Part shown: one piece after another, positions 1 to 9,521 of the stretch
Position numbering within the stretch: position 1 is the first letter of the stretch
Layout of the letters: each line of letters opens with the position of its first letter
From: a virus
DNA: 45,138 bases
Reading direction: 5' to 3' (one strand)
IMG/VR virus record: IMGVR_UViG_3300000976_000010
Translations under genes and position numbers: made by a program
The notes under the pieces: model-generated
The model's input: the letters and a program-made list of their open reading frames with translations, nothing else
What the model was told of the DNA's origin: nothing
Databases searched by the model: none

Positions 1-790
1 CTTTTCTACGAGCCTCAAATTCGACACCATGCCCATCTTTGCCTGAAACTATACCCCTATGCTGCAAAAGTTCTATATGAATCATCTCATGGACTAATAT
101 GCCCATAAATACATCCATAGGCAATTCATAAACTTTACTAAATTCTAGACTTTTTATTAAATATGTTCCGTCAATAAGGGGGGTGGGGTCAGCATAAACG
201 GTCGCAATAAATCTTTTGCTTTTACTAAATTTTAACGGTGGGATTACTAGTACTCCACCAAAAAGATCGCTGTTTAGTGCATTAAACCACTTAGTTATAA
301 ATGGTTTATTTAATGGTACGTTATTATTACCCTCTTCTGATAATTTATTTTCTTGGAAATATTTTTTTATATAACTTCTCTCCAAGACCTCTTTTTCAGT
401 ATTATCCGACATGCCCATTTCTGAATCTTCTATTTCTTTCAGTTCTTCGTCTTCACTATTTGCATCTTTGTTAGTGATAAATTCGTCAAAAAATGATAGT
501 GGAAATGTGGCCGAAAACTTCAAGCCGATTTCAAGACTTCCCGATAGATCAAAGTCCAACGCTTCGGAAAGAACCTTTTCCATATTCTTGTATGACAAAT
601 CATACACATTGCCAACAATAGATAATTTATCGTCAAAAAAATTTATAGAAACGGTGCTTATTATGTTCTTCTCTTTGTAAGCATCTATCATTTCGTTTAG
701 CCTACTCTCTAACCAATTCCCATAGGCTTCAGAATAGAGAGTAGGCTCTTCGGCTTGTGTTGTTGATATTTCATTTTTCTCAATATTCAT
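1..790 (-). CDS. SprT-like zinc metalloprotease with acidic N-terminal extension (runs off window start)
   Basis: Not in the ORF track; my translation from ATG 790 is open to position 2: ...WFNALNSDLFGGVL...ILVHEMIHIELLQHRGIVSGKDGHGVEFEARRK (HExxH plus HGxxF, SprT pattern). Confidence 0.8.
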   Translation of the reverse strand, partial: MNIEKNEISTTQAEEPTLYSEAYGNWLESRLNEMIDAYKEKNIISTVSINFFDDKLSIVGNVYDLSYKNMEKVLSEALDFDLSGSLEIGLKFSATFPLSFFDEFITNKDANSEDEELKEIEDSEMGMSDNTEKEVLERSYIKKYFQENKLSEEGNNNVPLNKPFITKWFNALNSDLFGGVLVIPPLKFSKSKRFIATVYADPTPLIDGTYLIKSLEFSKVYELPMDVFMGILVHEMIHIELLQHRGIVSGKDGHGVEFEARRK

Positions 791-795
791 TAACA

Positions 796-1212
796 TTACT
801 TTAAATAGCCTTCTTCAAAAAGTCTAAAAACCTCTTTTAAATGGGGGTTTCTTGATTCATTAACAGATCTGAAATTAATATAACTTTTATAATTGTTGCG
901 TATATGTTCCCAAATATCATATAGTGCAGAATTCCCACTTCCGTGTTTTTTGAAATTTTTATCTCCATTAACGCCCGAACCATCAACATCCAAAATCCAT
1001 TCGTAGTAGTCAACGCCTTGTGGGATTCCAAAAGCCTTGGATGTATATTTTCCAACCATCGTCCCGTGATTAAGCATTGAATCCTTGAATACAGAAGCAA
1101 AATCATCACCGTCCCAATTATACGGATTCTTACTTCTATATTCAGGAAAGTATTTTCCATTTACAATTTTATTTAAAAAATCTCGCAGTGTGTTTGGATC
1201 TATAGATACCAT
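796..1212 (-). CDS. hypothetical protein
   Basis: 138-aa ORF co-directional with neighbours. Confidence 0.7.
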   Translation of the reverse strand: MVSIDPNTLRDFLNKIVNGKYFPEYRSKNPYNWDGDDFASVFKDSMLNHGTMVGKYTSKAFGIPQGVDYYEWILDVDGSGVNGDKNFKKHGSGNSALYDIWEHIRNNYKSYINFRSVNESRNPHLKEVFRLFEEGYLK

Positions 1213-1228
1213 TCTTGTCTTATTTTTA

Positions 1229-1271
1229 TTATTAATGTTGATTACTTACTAATGTTGATTACTTATTAATG
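1229..1271. repeat. 17-bp tandem repeat x2.5 (TTAYTAATGTTGATTAC)
   Basis: Units at 1229-1245, 1246-1262, partial 1263-1271. Confidence 0.85.
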
Positions 1272-1537
1272 CCGTTTTTTATTTCTGCATTTTTGTATAT
1301 CCCCATCAGGGTTAGCTGATGAGCCATAGCCAATCCAAGCGTTGTTATGATTTGTGAAGATACGTTATATGGTTCTCCATTCCGCCAAGCCTTAACAGCA
1401 TTGCCCAACTCAACCCCTGTTATGCTTAATAAAATGAACATGATAGTGACCATTAAAGCGTAGCTGAATATTCTAGAAGAGGATGGTTTGTTATCCTTAT
1501 ATAAAGATTCTTTTATTATGCTAACGATTTTTTTCAT
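1259..1537 (-). CDS. small two-TM membrane protein, putative holin
   Basis: Two hydrophobic segments after KPSSSRI; GTACATA 11 nt upstream. Confidence 0.5.
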   Translation of the reverse strand: MKKIVSIIKESLYKDNKPSSSRIFSYALMVTIMFILLSITGVELGNAVKAWRNGEPYNVSSQIITTLGLAMAHQLTLMGIYKNAEIKNGINK

Positions 1538-1548
1538 CTTTTTTAGGG

Positions 1549-1555
1549 TATGTAC
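1549..1555 (-). promoter_or_regulatory. GTACATA candidate late promoter
   Basis: Recurrent motif upstream of structural/late genes. Confidence 0.65.
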
Positions 1556-1830
1556 TATTTCTTTATTAGCAATAATTATTTTTTTTGTTTATATAGTAAA
1601 CACCTAATTATTGAATTCCTAAACCACAACCTAATATATTGAATGATAGCTGTTTAAAAAATATATTGCTGTTAACCTTTTTCTTAAAAACCTCGCTTTT
1701 AATTTTTTACTCGCGCAATATCTCAATAAAGTAGTTGATTCACCCAAAAAACCCACAATTTAATCGCTTTTTGGAGGTATAAAGGCGTTATTTTTCAACA
1801 AAAAAAAACCTTCAAAACGCCTATGAATAA

Positions 1831-1902
1831 AGAGATACAGCACTTTTGCTGTAATAGACTTTTTTGCTAAATATGCTATTACAGCAAAAGTGCTGTATCT
1901 CT
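1831..1902. repeat. 27-bp perfect inverted repeat with 18-nt spacer; each arm contains the palindrome TACAGCA-N4-TGCTGTA
   Basis: AGAGATACAGCACTTTTGCTGTAATAG (1831-1857) / CTATTACAGCAAAAGTGCTGTATCTCT (1876-1902). Confidence 0.95.
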
Positions 1903-1914
1903 AAGTTTGCTTAA

Positions 1915-1921
1915 GTACATA
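1915..1921 (+). promoter_or_regulatory. GTACATA candidate late promoter
   Basis: About 25 nt upstream of ATG 1946. Confidence 0.65.
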
Positions 1922-1945
1922 CTTAAATTAAAAGCAGCTCAAAAC

Positions 1946-2533
1946 ATGAAATACCTAACACCCCCACCATCAGATCTAGTAGATTTAAAATTTAAAGAAG
2001 AGTGGTTTGAAGAAAGTTTAATTAGCAAGTACAATACTTACATGAATGATACAGAGGATGCCCATATAAAGGACATAATCAGTTTGCTTAATGTAACTAT
2101 TAAAAGAATTGTTATAGCAGGATATACAGGTGATACGGTTAACCAACAACAGGGAGGAGGAGTGAATCATGTTACACAACCTTTTTTGGGGAGCAAGTCT
2201 TGGGTACAAGCACTATCTTCAAAGACTGTTACAATTACCATGCACCATACCGACTCTTATATGACGTGGCTTTTTTTATGGGAGTCTTACCAAAGACAGT
2301 ATTCCGCTTCTAATAAAAATACAAAGCACGATAGTCTTCAATTAAATATACTTAACACTAAGAGACAGCATGTATTTTCTTTCACCTTTAGAGATTTTAT
2401 ATTTTCCAATTTAGATGATATAGAGCTAGATGCTGAAACGCAAAACAATAGCTTTGGAACATTCGATATTGTTTTGGAATTTGCAACAGGAAATGTTATT
2501 GTAGATATGCCCACCAATCAAAAAATACATTAA
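1946..2533 (+). CDS. tail tube / tube-initiator-like protein (T4 gp19/gp54-type)
   Basis: Size and C-terminal pattern (LQLNILN...FSFTFRDFIFSNLDDIELD...FDIVLEF); start moved to ATG 1946, downstream of GTACATA. Confidence 0.55.
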   Translation: MKYLTPPPSDLVDLKFKEEWFEESLISKYNTYMNDTEDAHIKDIISLLNVTIKRIVIAGYTGDTVNQQQGGGVNHVTQPFLGSKSWVQALSSKTVTITMHHTDSYMTWLFLWESYQRQYSASNKNTKHDSLQLNILNTKRQHVFSFTFRDFIFSNLDDIELDAETQNNSFGTFDIVLEFATGNVIVDMPTNQKIH

Positions 2534-2599
2534 TTAATTTACCAATACAAAAAAAAATAGTTATATTAGTAATCATGGGTATAAAGTTTTATTAAAATT

Positions 2600-3130
2600 T
2601 TAATCCAATCTTTTTCTAGTGCTAATAAATTCACTTTTTGACAGACCTTTAATCATACTTCTCATCTTATCAACATTTTCAATTTCCTCCTTTGTAAGCT
2701 CAGTCTCATTCTTTTCGGAATCGGGGATAGAATAAAGATTGTGCTTAAATTTGTATGCTGCTAAAAAAAGATCCAACTCCTTTTGGTAATTTAATTTATG
2801 GTACTCAAACAATGCGAATAGCTCGGCATAGGTTAGAGCATCTGTGTTAAAGGATAGCTCCTTTATCATCCTCCCACTTTTAACGTTTCGGACTGAATAC
2901 GTTGCCAATCCCAACGAAGAAGCACAAGAGTGAAGTATTGTCTTTTCCCAATCGTGTTTATATCTTATATAATATTCGCTTTCCTCGTTAATACGTAAAT
3001 CTTCTATAGTAAGTCCATATCGCTTCAATTGTAGGTATAATAAGCGTTCAGCAGCAATTGCCTCTCCATCCTCTCCGCCATCCATCAATGCTTTGATCTT
3101 TAAAAGTTTTTCTATTATCTTGGTGTCCAT
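2600..3130 (-). CDS. DUF2786-domain protein
   Basis: N-terminal KIIEKLLKIKALM...GEAIAAERLL...KRYGL. Confidence 0.7.
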   Translation of the reverse strand: MDTKIIEKLLKIKALMDGGEDGEAIAAERLLYLQLKRYGLTIEDLRINEESEYYIRYKHDWEKTILHSCASSLGLATYSVRNVKSGRMIKELSFNTDALTYAELFALFEYHKLNYQKELDLFLAAYKFKHNLYSIPDSEKNETELTKEEIENVDKMRSMIKGLSKSEFISTRKRLD

Positions 3131-3157
3131 GATTTATTATTTGGTTAATTGTTAATA

Positions 3158-3218
3158 CAAATATACCACTTAATTTATAAAAATGGCTTAACTCATCCAT
3201 TTTAACATTTCCTTAACA
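3158..3218 (-). promoter_or_regulatory. host-type promoter: TATATTTG -7 box plus upstream TGTTAAGGAAATGTTAAAAT box
   Basis: Matches Bacteroidota TAnnTTTG; same upstream box and 33-nt spacing as the 14504/14949 repeats. Confidence 0.7.
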
Positions 3219-3314
3219 AATTGTTGTTATTCATTATATCATAAAAGATAAGGCGCATTATAAAAATGAAGTGGAAGGACGTTTCGTGGAATAAGTAAAT
3301 CTATTGCCTTAAAA

Positions 3315-3347
3315 AACAAAAGAGTGGATTTGTACCACTCTTTTGTT
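3315..3347. terminator. intrinsic terminator hairpin, possibly bidirectional
   Basis: AACAAAAGAGTGG-N7-CCACTCTTTTGTT. Confidence 0.7.
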
Positions 3348-3362
3348 AATCGAATATATAAT

Positions 3363-3614
3363 TTATTCGTACCATTTATTACCATTCAATATTTGGCAAT
3401 CGGCATCCTCAATATTGGAATCTAAATCAAAATGATTCACAGGATTGTGATGTAAAAAATCTTCCAATTTACTACTTGCTTTTTACCACTTCTTTAATGC
3501 TTTAGTCTCCTCCTTAGTACCATCAGGCGAGAAGTCGTAAGCCAATCTTGTTACTCGTTCTTTTTCCTCTAAATAAGACAGTCTTTTCTTCAGTCTTTTC
3601 CATTCTCTAATCAT
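3363..3614 (-). pseudogene. ORF interrupted by one in-frame TAA
   Basis: MIREWKRLKK...ALKKW*KASSKLEDF...KWYE*. Confidence 0.5.
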
Positions 3615-3892
3615 GGATCTGTATGTTATTCCTATAAGCTTTCCTATTTTTTTTTAATTTAGTTGATAATCGTTTAAAAATATTGTTTATTTAATATTTG
3701 GCACATCAGTATGTATTCCTGTTATTTTTATGTTCATTAAAGTCATACCAATCCGCCAATCGATTCATAAATTTACGAATAATTTTTAACAAATTAAAAT
3801 TTATGTGTTTAATAATTAAAAAATTTTCGCAACTTTTAGTTGGTACATAAAACAAAACATTAGGTTTATATATATCACCCAATACTTAAAAA

Positions 3893-4303
3893 ATGTACAA
3901 CAACATAAAAACTCTACTTAATAATAGCTTTGAAATAAAAATTAAAACTATTACCCCCATATCTAATCTAGGACGATTGGAGTTAGCAGAAATTTTGTGT
4001 TCAGATTACTTTGGCGATTTTTTATTAGAAGACGGTCTTGGGGGGTCAGAATATATTATAACAACCTTTACCAACGAACGAATTATTTTTATATGTGCAT
4101 GGAATAATTTTGAATCATGCTCAAATAATTATTCTGACTTTTATACTATTTATGATTGGTTGGAATTCAATGGAGTATACAGCCTGTTAAACGATGATTT
4201 GGGATGTAGTGTATCCGATTCGGGGGACGTAGTATTCACCAACCATTCCTATGGTACAGTTGTGATAGGTGACAATCAGATGCCATTGAGAGAATTCCCT
4301 TAA
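3893..4303 (+). CDS. hypothetical late protein
   Basis: ORF; GTACATA at 3843-3849. Confidence 0.65.
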   Translation: MYNNIKTLLNNSFEIKIKTITPISNLGRLELAEILCSDYFGDFLLEDGLGGSEYIITTFTNERIIFICAWNNFESCSNNYSDFYTIYDWLEFNGVYSLLNDDLGCSVSDSGDVVFTNHSYGTVVIGDNQMPLREFP

Positions 4304-4413
4304 TAAAAGCACTCAACCTTAAATCGCCCAAATCGCCATATTTCAATATAGAATTATACAAATCAAAAATAAGAGATAATCAGGATAAAATATTTGAGAG
4401 GAAATGGGAAGAA

Positions 4414-4722
4414 ATGGGTGAATATCAATTCGTTAAAACTTTTTTTAGGGATGAACTAAACTCGCTAGAGTGGGACAACTCAAATGGATTGGTATTATCC
4501 GACTACAAGGATAAGTTTAAAAAGATGTACATAGAACTATTCCCTGACACAAATTATCAACAATCATTATTGAATGCTATTTCGAGATCATCCGATTTAA
4601 TCAATTGGAGTAAAATCCTAAATTCAATAAATGTCACAGAACTTCTTAAAATTTTAGGCAGGTCTGTTGATAAACTTTCTAATGATTTATTTATACTCAC
4701 CCAAAGCCCAATTTCATGCTAA
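4414..4722 (+). CDS. hypothetical protein
   Basis: ORF overlapping the start of the gp53-like gene. Confidence 0.6.
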   Translation: MGEYQFVKTFFRDELNSLEWDNSNGLVLSDYKDKFKKMYIELFPDTNYQQSLLNAISRSSDLINWSKILNSINVTELLKILGRSVDKLSNDLFILTQSPISC

Positions 4723-5168
4723 TATTGGCTAATTTAGAATCAATTCACGAAAACATTTCGTCAATAGATGATATTGATTTTCTATCTCAAGCTTCTTTCA
4801 TTGACCGTAGCAGAGTTGTTTTGCTAGGTTATCTTAGAATAACAGAAAAAGAAGAGAAGCGTTTGGATTGGGTATCAAAGCAGCTCTATGGACGGTTTGG
4901 TTTCATGGAGCAGATCATGGAGTATAATGGGATACTTAATGCCGATAATGTTCTTGAGGGTGATGTTATAGCTCTCCCCGATTTGGGAAGTCTATTGGAT
5001 AGTATGGACATACAAAACTTCCAAGATAAGTTTATAGAGGATAATATCACCGCTTTTAACTTAAGAGGGAATTTGGATGTAAACGGCCAAAGCAAATTGC
5101 CAAATCGAAAAATAAGCACGAATAAAAAAGTGAACGTTGATACTAAAAATGGGATTTTGGTCTTTTGA
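4716..5168 (+). CDS. baseplate wedge protein, T4 gp53-like (LysM-like)
   Basis: RLDWVSKQLYG...IMEYNGI...EGDVIALP. Confidence 0.7.
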   Translation: MLILANLESIHENISSIDDIDFLSQASFIDRSRVVLLGYLRITEKEEKRLDWVSKQLYGRFGFMEQIMEYNGILNADNVLEGDVIALPDLGSLLDSMDIQNFQDKFIEDNITAFNLRGNLDVNGQSKLPNRKISTNKKVNVDTKNGILVF

Positions 5169-5198
5169 TTGTGCATTTATAGCACCAACACACACCTT

Positions 5199-5714
5199 TT
5201 ACTTAAGCGATTTTCTATATTCATACGCAGCCTCCAAATCCTTTTCTGTATGAATTGAACCACTTGTATTCATCCCCAAATACCAATCAACAACTTCTAC
5301 TTTGGATGGTAGATTGTTTATGTGGAATTTAAAACGTGCGTTTTGTCTATTTGGTCTATCTTCAAAATCTGAAAATAAATTTCCACCAAATATAGGCAAT
5401 TTGTCCTCCAAGAACATCTGAACAGCATTTAATCGCTGTTTTCCATCGACTAGTTCTAATATACCCATTTCACCTTCCCCTTGCCAATTTTTAGCATTCC
5501 AAAAAATGTCTCTACCCGAAACACCACCCTTTAAGATATATTCTATATATTCTACTCTCTGCTTTTCATTCCAAACATACCCTCTCTGATAATCGGGTGA
5601 AGTATCCATACCGCCAATTTCGGATAAGATTTCAAGCGTTTTATCTAGGTAACTCCATTCAACGTCAATGCTATAATTGGAATGAGGAAACAATTTAATG
5701 TCTCTGAATTTCAT
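5199..5714 (-). CDS. stand-alone DUF262 (ParB/Srx-like) protein
   Basis: PDYQRGYVWN and VDGKQRL motifs; TATATTTG box at 5769-5776. Confidence 0.85.
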   Translation of the reverse strand: MKFRDIKLFPHSNYSIDVEWSYLDKTLEILSEIGGMDTSPDYQRGYVWNEKQRVEYIEYILKGGVSGRDIFWNAKNWQGEGEMGILELVDGKQRLNAVQMFLEDKLPIFGGNLFSDFEDRPNRQNARFKFHINNLPSKVEVVDWYLGMNTSGSIHTEKDLEAAYEYRKSLK

Positions 5715-5814
5715 TTTGTTTAATTTTTATGTTCTTCAATTAATCTTTATTTGGTTTTTGTTGTGTAACAAATATACCACTAGTTTTTTTATTAACAAAA
5801 TTTAGAGCAAAAAT

Positions 5815-6175
5815 TAAGGTTTACTCGTATTAAACAAGCACGGGTTTCTCAATGGCGAAAGTATAATATTATCGAATCGCACATCTTAAACGTCATCCCA
5901 AAACCCAAATAGGGTGTAAGAGTTTTGGCTAGTATATCCAAAATCCGTTTTTCCTCTATATCCCGAACCACATCTTCTCCAATCTATACACTTTTTCTCA
6001 CGCATCTTTCTAAGTCTGTATTGTATTTTATTTTTATTACTTTTGTAAAACTTTGGATTGCTGTCATTGAGACTAAGCTGTTTGCAACATAATTCATAGA
6101 AACCGCTAAAAAGGTTTAGTTCTACTATTTTTTTCTAGAAATGTATTCTGTTACTGCTTTTTCAAAATAATTCAT
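5815..6175 (-). pseudogene. probable decayed ORF
   Basis: MNYFEKAVTEYISRKK* with the stop following an A-run, then coding-like fragments. Confidence 0.35.
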
Positions 6176-6258
6176 TATATTGTGGTTTTATTATATGAGT
6201 ATCACGAACAGCTCATAGACACGATATATTCGATTATTAAGCGTTATTAAATAAAATT

Positions 6259-6567
6259 ATGAGAAAATACACAGAAAATTCATCAGGATTAACCATAGAC
6301 CTTGACGATGAGTCTAATTTTGCCCATCTTCCAAATACTATAAAGGAATTGGAATCATTCATTTTTAAGACTTACGGATTTGCTAATGCTTATATTAAAC
6401 ATATTAGAGGAAATGTAAGGGAATTATTTAATAATCAGAAGATTGAAATTGAATCGTTTATAGAAAATTTTGTAAAAAATCAAGCTCAACGACTCGATGA
6501 TAAAGATTTGACTTGGTTTAAGGAGCAGGCTTTCCTAATCGAAGATATGTGTGAGAATCTTTGCTAA
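6259..6567 (+). CDS. hypothetical protein
   Basis: ORF with leader MRKYTENS. Confidence 0.65.
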   Translation: MRKYTENSSGLTIDLDDESNFAHLPNTIKELESFIFKTYGFANAYIKHIRGNVRELFNNQKIEIESFIENFVKNQAQRLDDKDLTWFKEQAFLIEDMCENLC

Positions 6568-6568
6568 T

Positions 6569-8548
6569 TTACAACTCACTTTCGAGTTCACCCAAAGCCT
6601 GTTCAACAACAGGAAGGTAGAAGTTTAGAATATTCATCATCAAATCCTTTGCGTGGTATCTACCATCTGTCTGTCTTGTCCAAATTGTTCTTAGAGCACC
6701 ATCCTTTGCCCCATCATAAACATTATTATTGAATGATATTCTATGACCCAAATCATACGTTTCTTTCCATAACTTATCGAATGCTTGTTTCGCGTTTTCT
6801 TCCCCTTCTATCCGTTCCATTATATTGTACAAAAATATTTCTTTAGAGCAACCTAAGCCACGCCCTGAGCTAGGGTACAATGATCTCATATCCAAAAAAG
6901 CAGCATATATAATTTTCATCAATCTAGGAGGCACTACATAAGCACCTTCAAAGGGGTTGGTCTTTTTGGACGGGGCTAGTACATGTTTATAGCTTCTTCT
7001 TGGCTGACCTATAATATTACTTGTGTAATGGTATCCAACTTTTACGGTTGGCTTTTTGTTGGAGTAACCCTCTTGGACAATATCTTCTTCTGACAAGTCT
7101 TCATCAATTGAATCCTCTAACTTTTTGAACTTTTCAAAGTCGGAAGCGGTAACTAACCCACTCTCACACCAAAAAAGATCATGGAACACAGCCGATGATT
7201 TTCTAGTGATGTAAAAGGCATCGTAAACAGGAACTTTTGAGGTGTAGGCAGATATTAAAATCTGATTGAGGTATTTTTTTACTAAATGTATTAACATAAG
7301 TGTAACTGTGTCAATACAGCCGTAAAAGAAGAAAGTTTCAGTTGAACCTTTTATCAAGTCCTCAAATTTACCATTAAACGATACCTTACCAACACCCAAA
7401 AGTTCTTTAGATACCACATCCAACTTCAACGATTTAGAATCCCTGCTTCTAGCAAATTTTTCAAAAATTACCATATAATCTAATTCTAAGCGGTGTGCAG
7501 GCTTGTAATTAGAAGGCTTATCCTTTCCATATTTTGCTGCCATAGCATCCGATAGAATTGCACTTGATTTTATTACATGAACACTATCAAATGTGGGAGT
7601 TGCCACCTGTCTTAAGTGTCCAAATTTTTCTCTATGGCCTCCTATTGTTTTGATGGGCATGTTATAAATCTTGCCACGTGTCTTGAAGTTGTTTATATGT
7701 TTAGTTTGTTCACTAGGTTTTAATCCAAAAGCCAATGAGGCTCTGTTTGATGTTTGGTTTTTCTCCCACTCTAACACCAACGATCTACTATGTAAGTATA
7801 AGCTATCAAACGTTTCATTATTCCACCAAATAGTTGTATGGAGACTCTCTCGCTGTGCCTTGAAAAATCTTTGTATTAGCGCGTATTCAGAATCATACCA
7901 ATAAATTTTAACCCTTGGTGGATTCTCTTTGTTTATTCCTAGACCTTGTAACGCAGAGAAGCGCAGCTTTTTAGCTTTCACCGAACTCTTCTCATCTTCG
8001 CTCATTTCACTTTCACTCTTTCTAAGAAGTGGATCATCAAAGTCATCATACAAATGGTCGTAAATTCTTTTTTCTATCCTGTGTCTAAGTCTTTCTGTTT
8101 CCTTTTTTTTATACCCCTCCTCAAACTCAAATTTTCTATGGTCGTCTTCTAATGCAAGTACAACAGTATCTAGTGTATCCGTTGTTATAGTAATTAAATT
8201 AATTGGAGCTTTAGCTTCTAATGGTTCAGGGAAAGGATCGGTTATTTTAGTTATATCAACCTCAATATCACAAGCCCAAACCTTTGGTAGATTGTATCTA
8301 AAAATTAAATCTTGTTCAGCCTTCGGAAGTGTATATAAAAATTGTCTAATCTCATACATTCCAAATTTATTTACTCCTTGTGTCACTTTAGTCGCGCGGA
8401 ATCCATCCCACGTTTTATAATCACCGTTTGGATTCTTTTCGTATCTCCAATAATTTACACCCTTCTTTCTTAGAATAGAAATGCTTCCCTTTTCATTGAT
8501 ATACGAGATGTCTACTATGTTCTTTGATTGAGTTATATTTACTATCAT
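6569..8548 (-). CDS. polB: family B DNA polymerase, N-terminal subunit (3'-5' exonuclease plus motif A) of a split enzyme
   Basis: ExoI CDIEVD, ExoII WNNETFDSLYL, ExoIII YGCIDT, FEGAYV, motif A DMRSLYPS; ends after GRYHAK with no KxxxNSxYG or YGDTDS. Confidence 0.85.
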   Translation of the reverse strand: MIVNITQSKNIVDISYINEKGSISILRKKGVNYWRYEKNPNGDYKTWDGFRATKVTQGVNKFGMYEIRQFLYTLPKAEQDLIFRYNLPKVWACDIEVDITKITDPFPEPLEAKAPINLITITTDTLDTVVLALEDDHRKFEFEEGYKKKETERLRHRIEKRIYDHLYDDFDDPLLRKSESEMSEDEKSSVKAKKLRFSALQGLGINKENPPRVKIYWYDSEYALIQRFFKAQRESLHTTIWWNNETFDSLYLHSRSLVLEWEKNQTSNRASLAFGLKPSEQTKHINNFKTRGKIYNMPIKTIGGHREKFGHLRQVATPTFDSVHVIKSSAILSDAMAAKYGKDKPSNYKPAHRLELDYMVIFEKFARSRDSKSLKLDVVSKELLGVGKVSFNGKFEDLIKGSTETFFFYGCIDTVTLMLIHLVKKYLNQILISAYTSKVPVYDAFYITRKSSAVFHDLFWCESGLVTASDFEKFKKLEDSIDEDLSEEDIVQEGYSNKKPTVKVGYHYTSNIIGQPRRSYKHVLAPSKKTNPFEGAYVVPPRLMKIIYAAFLDMRSLYPSSGRGLGCSKEIFLYNIMERIEGEENAKQAFDKLWKETYDLGHRISFNNNVYDGAKDGALRTIWTRQTDGRYHAKDLMMNILNFYLPVVEQALGELESEL

Positions 8549-9261
8549 TTATATAGTTTTTCTATAGGCATGTTCCAAAATAGCTCACTCTCTTTTTTAC
8601 CAATTATATATTCACCCTGTACAAAATCACTTCTGACCCATTTACCTAAAAACTTCACCTCACCATTCACCTCAGACCTATAAACAATGCCTTCGGGTTT
8701 TTTATATGAACTTATAGCATTTGTCCTTTTATTTAGAATAGGCAATAGTTTATTCACCGAAATAGCGTCCCCTCTGTGCAAAAGCCTTGGCGTGTTGAAT
8801 TCATAACGATGAGATAAATCACTCAAAAAATTAAACGAACTTCTTTTGTTATTTGTAGTGAAGTGGTCAAAAATCACCAATGGTTCTGTATTAATTCGAT
8901 ATTTTAGACCATGTGCGATTAATAGCCATTCCCCCACCAATCTTTCACCCTCATTTAATAAGGAATGCCATCTACCTTCTGTTTTTAAAACCCAATCACT
9001 AAATATTTTATGCTGCACAAACGAACTACTTTTAGCCATGTAACCCCCTTTGGTTAATCCTATTATTTGATTATTTATTTTGCATATACCAACGTTTGAA
9101 CCATCGTATTTTTCAAATGCAAATATCTCTTCGTGTTTGTTACTTTTTTTATCGGTCAATATTTTCTCCTGTCCCCAATCTATTCGGCTATCCGAAATAC
9201 CCAATTTGCTATTGGATAAATGGGGTATTCTACCATAATTTTTAACTTTGAGAGGTTTCAT
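8545..9261 (-). CDS. ATP-dependent RNA ligase, Rnl2-like
   Basis: Motif I EKYDGSN, LVGEW, motif IV PEGIVYR, motif V KWV; ATG 9261 avoids overlap with the upstream ORF. Confidence 0.8.
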   Translation of the reverse strand: MKPLKVKNYGRIPHLSNSKLGISDSRIDWGQEKILTDKKSNKHEEIFAFEKYDGSNVGICKINNQIIGLTKGGYMAKSSSFVQHKIFSDWVLKTEGRWHSLLNEGERLVGEWLLIAHGLKYRINTEPLVIFDHFTTNNKRSSFNFLSDLSHRYEFNTPRLLHRGDAISVNKLLPILNKRTNAISSYKKPEGIVYRSEVNGEVKFLGKWVRSDFVQGEYIIGKKESELFWNMPIEKLYK

Positions 9262-9274
9262 TTCTAAATATATT

Positions 9275-9499
9275 TTAAAATCCTTCAAAATCGGGCAAAT
9301 TCTCAAAATCTTCTTCGGATAGCCATATTGGTTCAATGACCACAGGACTTTTATATAAATGCTTATTTAGGCTTACATCGAAAGTATATTTTTCTCGGAA
9401 GTCATCATAAACAAAATCTTCTATACCATTTAGGGTGGTAATATGAAATTTACCATCCATCTCACTTCTGCTATTGTAAACTTTGTAATATACAGGCAT
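9275..9499 (-). CDS. hypothetical protein
   Basis: ORF in a co-directional run. Confidence 0.65.
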   Translation of the reverse strand: MPVYYKVYNSRSEMDGKFHITTLNGIEDFVYDDFREKYTFDVSLNKHLYKSPVVIEPIWLSEEDFENLPDFEGF

Positions 9500-9521
9500 C
9501 GTTTTATTTTTAGATTAGTTG

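Noticed and set aside
411-680. Shadow ORFs (for example 411-680, 837-1160, 4886-5176, 7671-7904, 13643-14053, 17353-17712, 20451-20705, 23302-23646, 25957-26358, 32547-32834, 36042-36350)
   Set aside because: They overlap better-supported genes on the opposite strand or in another frame and have no recognisable motifs.
1229-1271. 17-bp tandem repeat as a functional array
   Set aside because: Only 2.5 copies around a stop codon; consistent with a simple slippage duplication.
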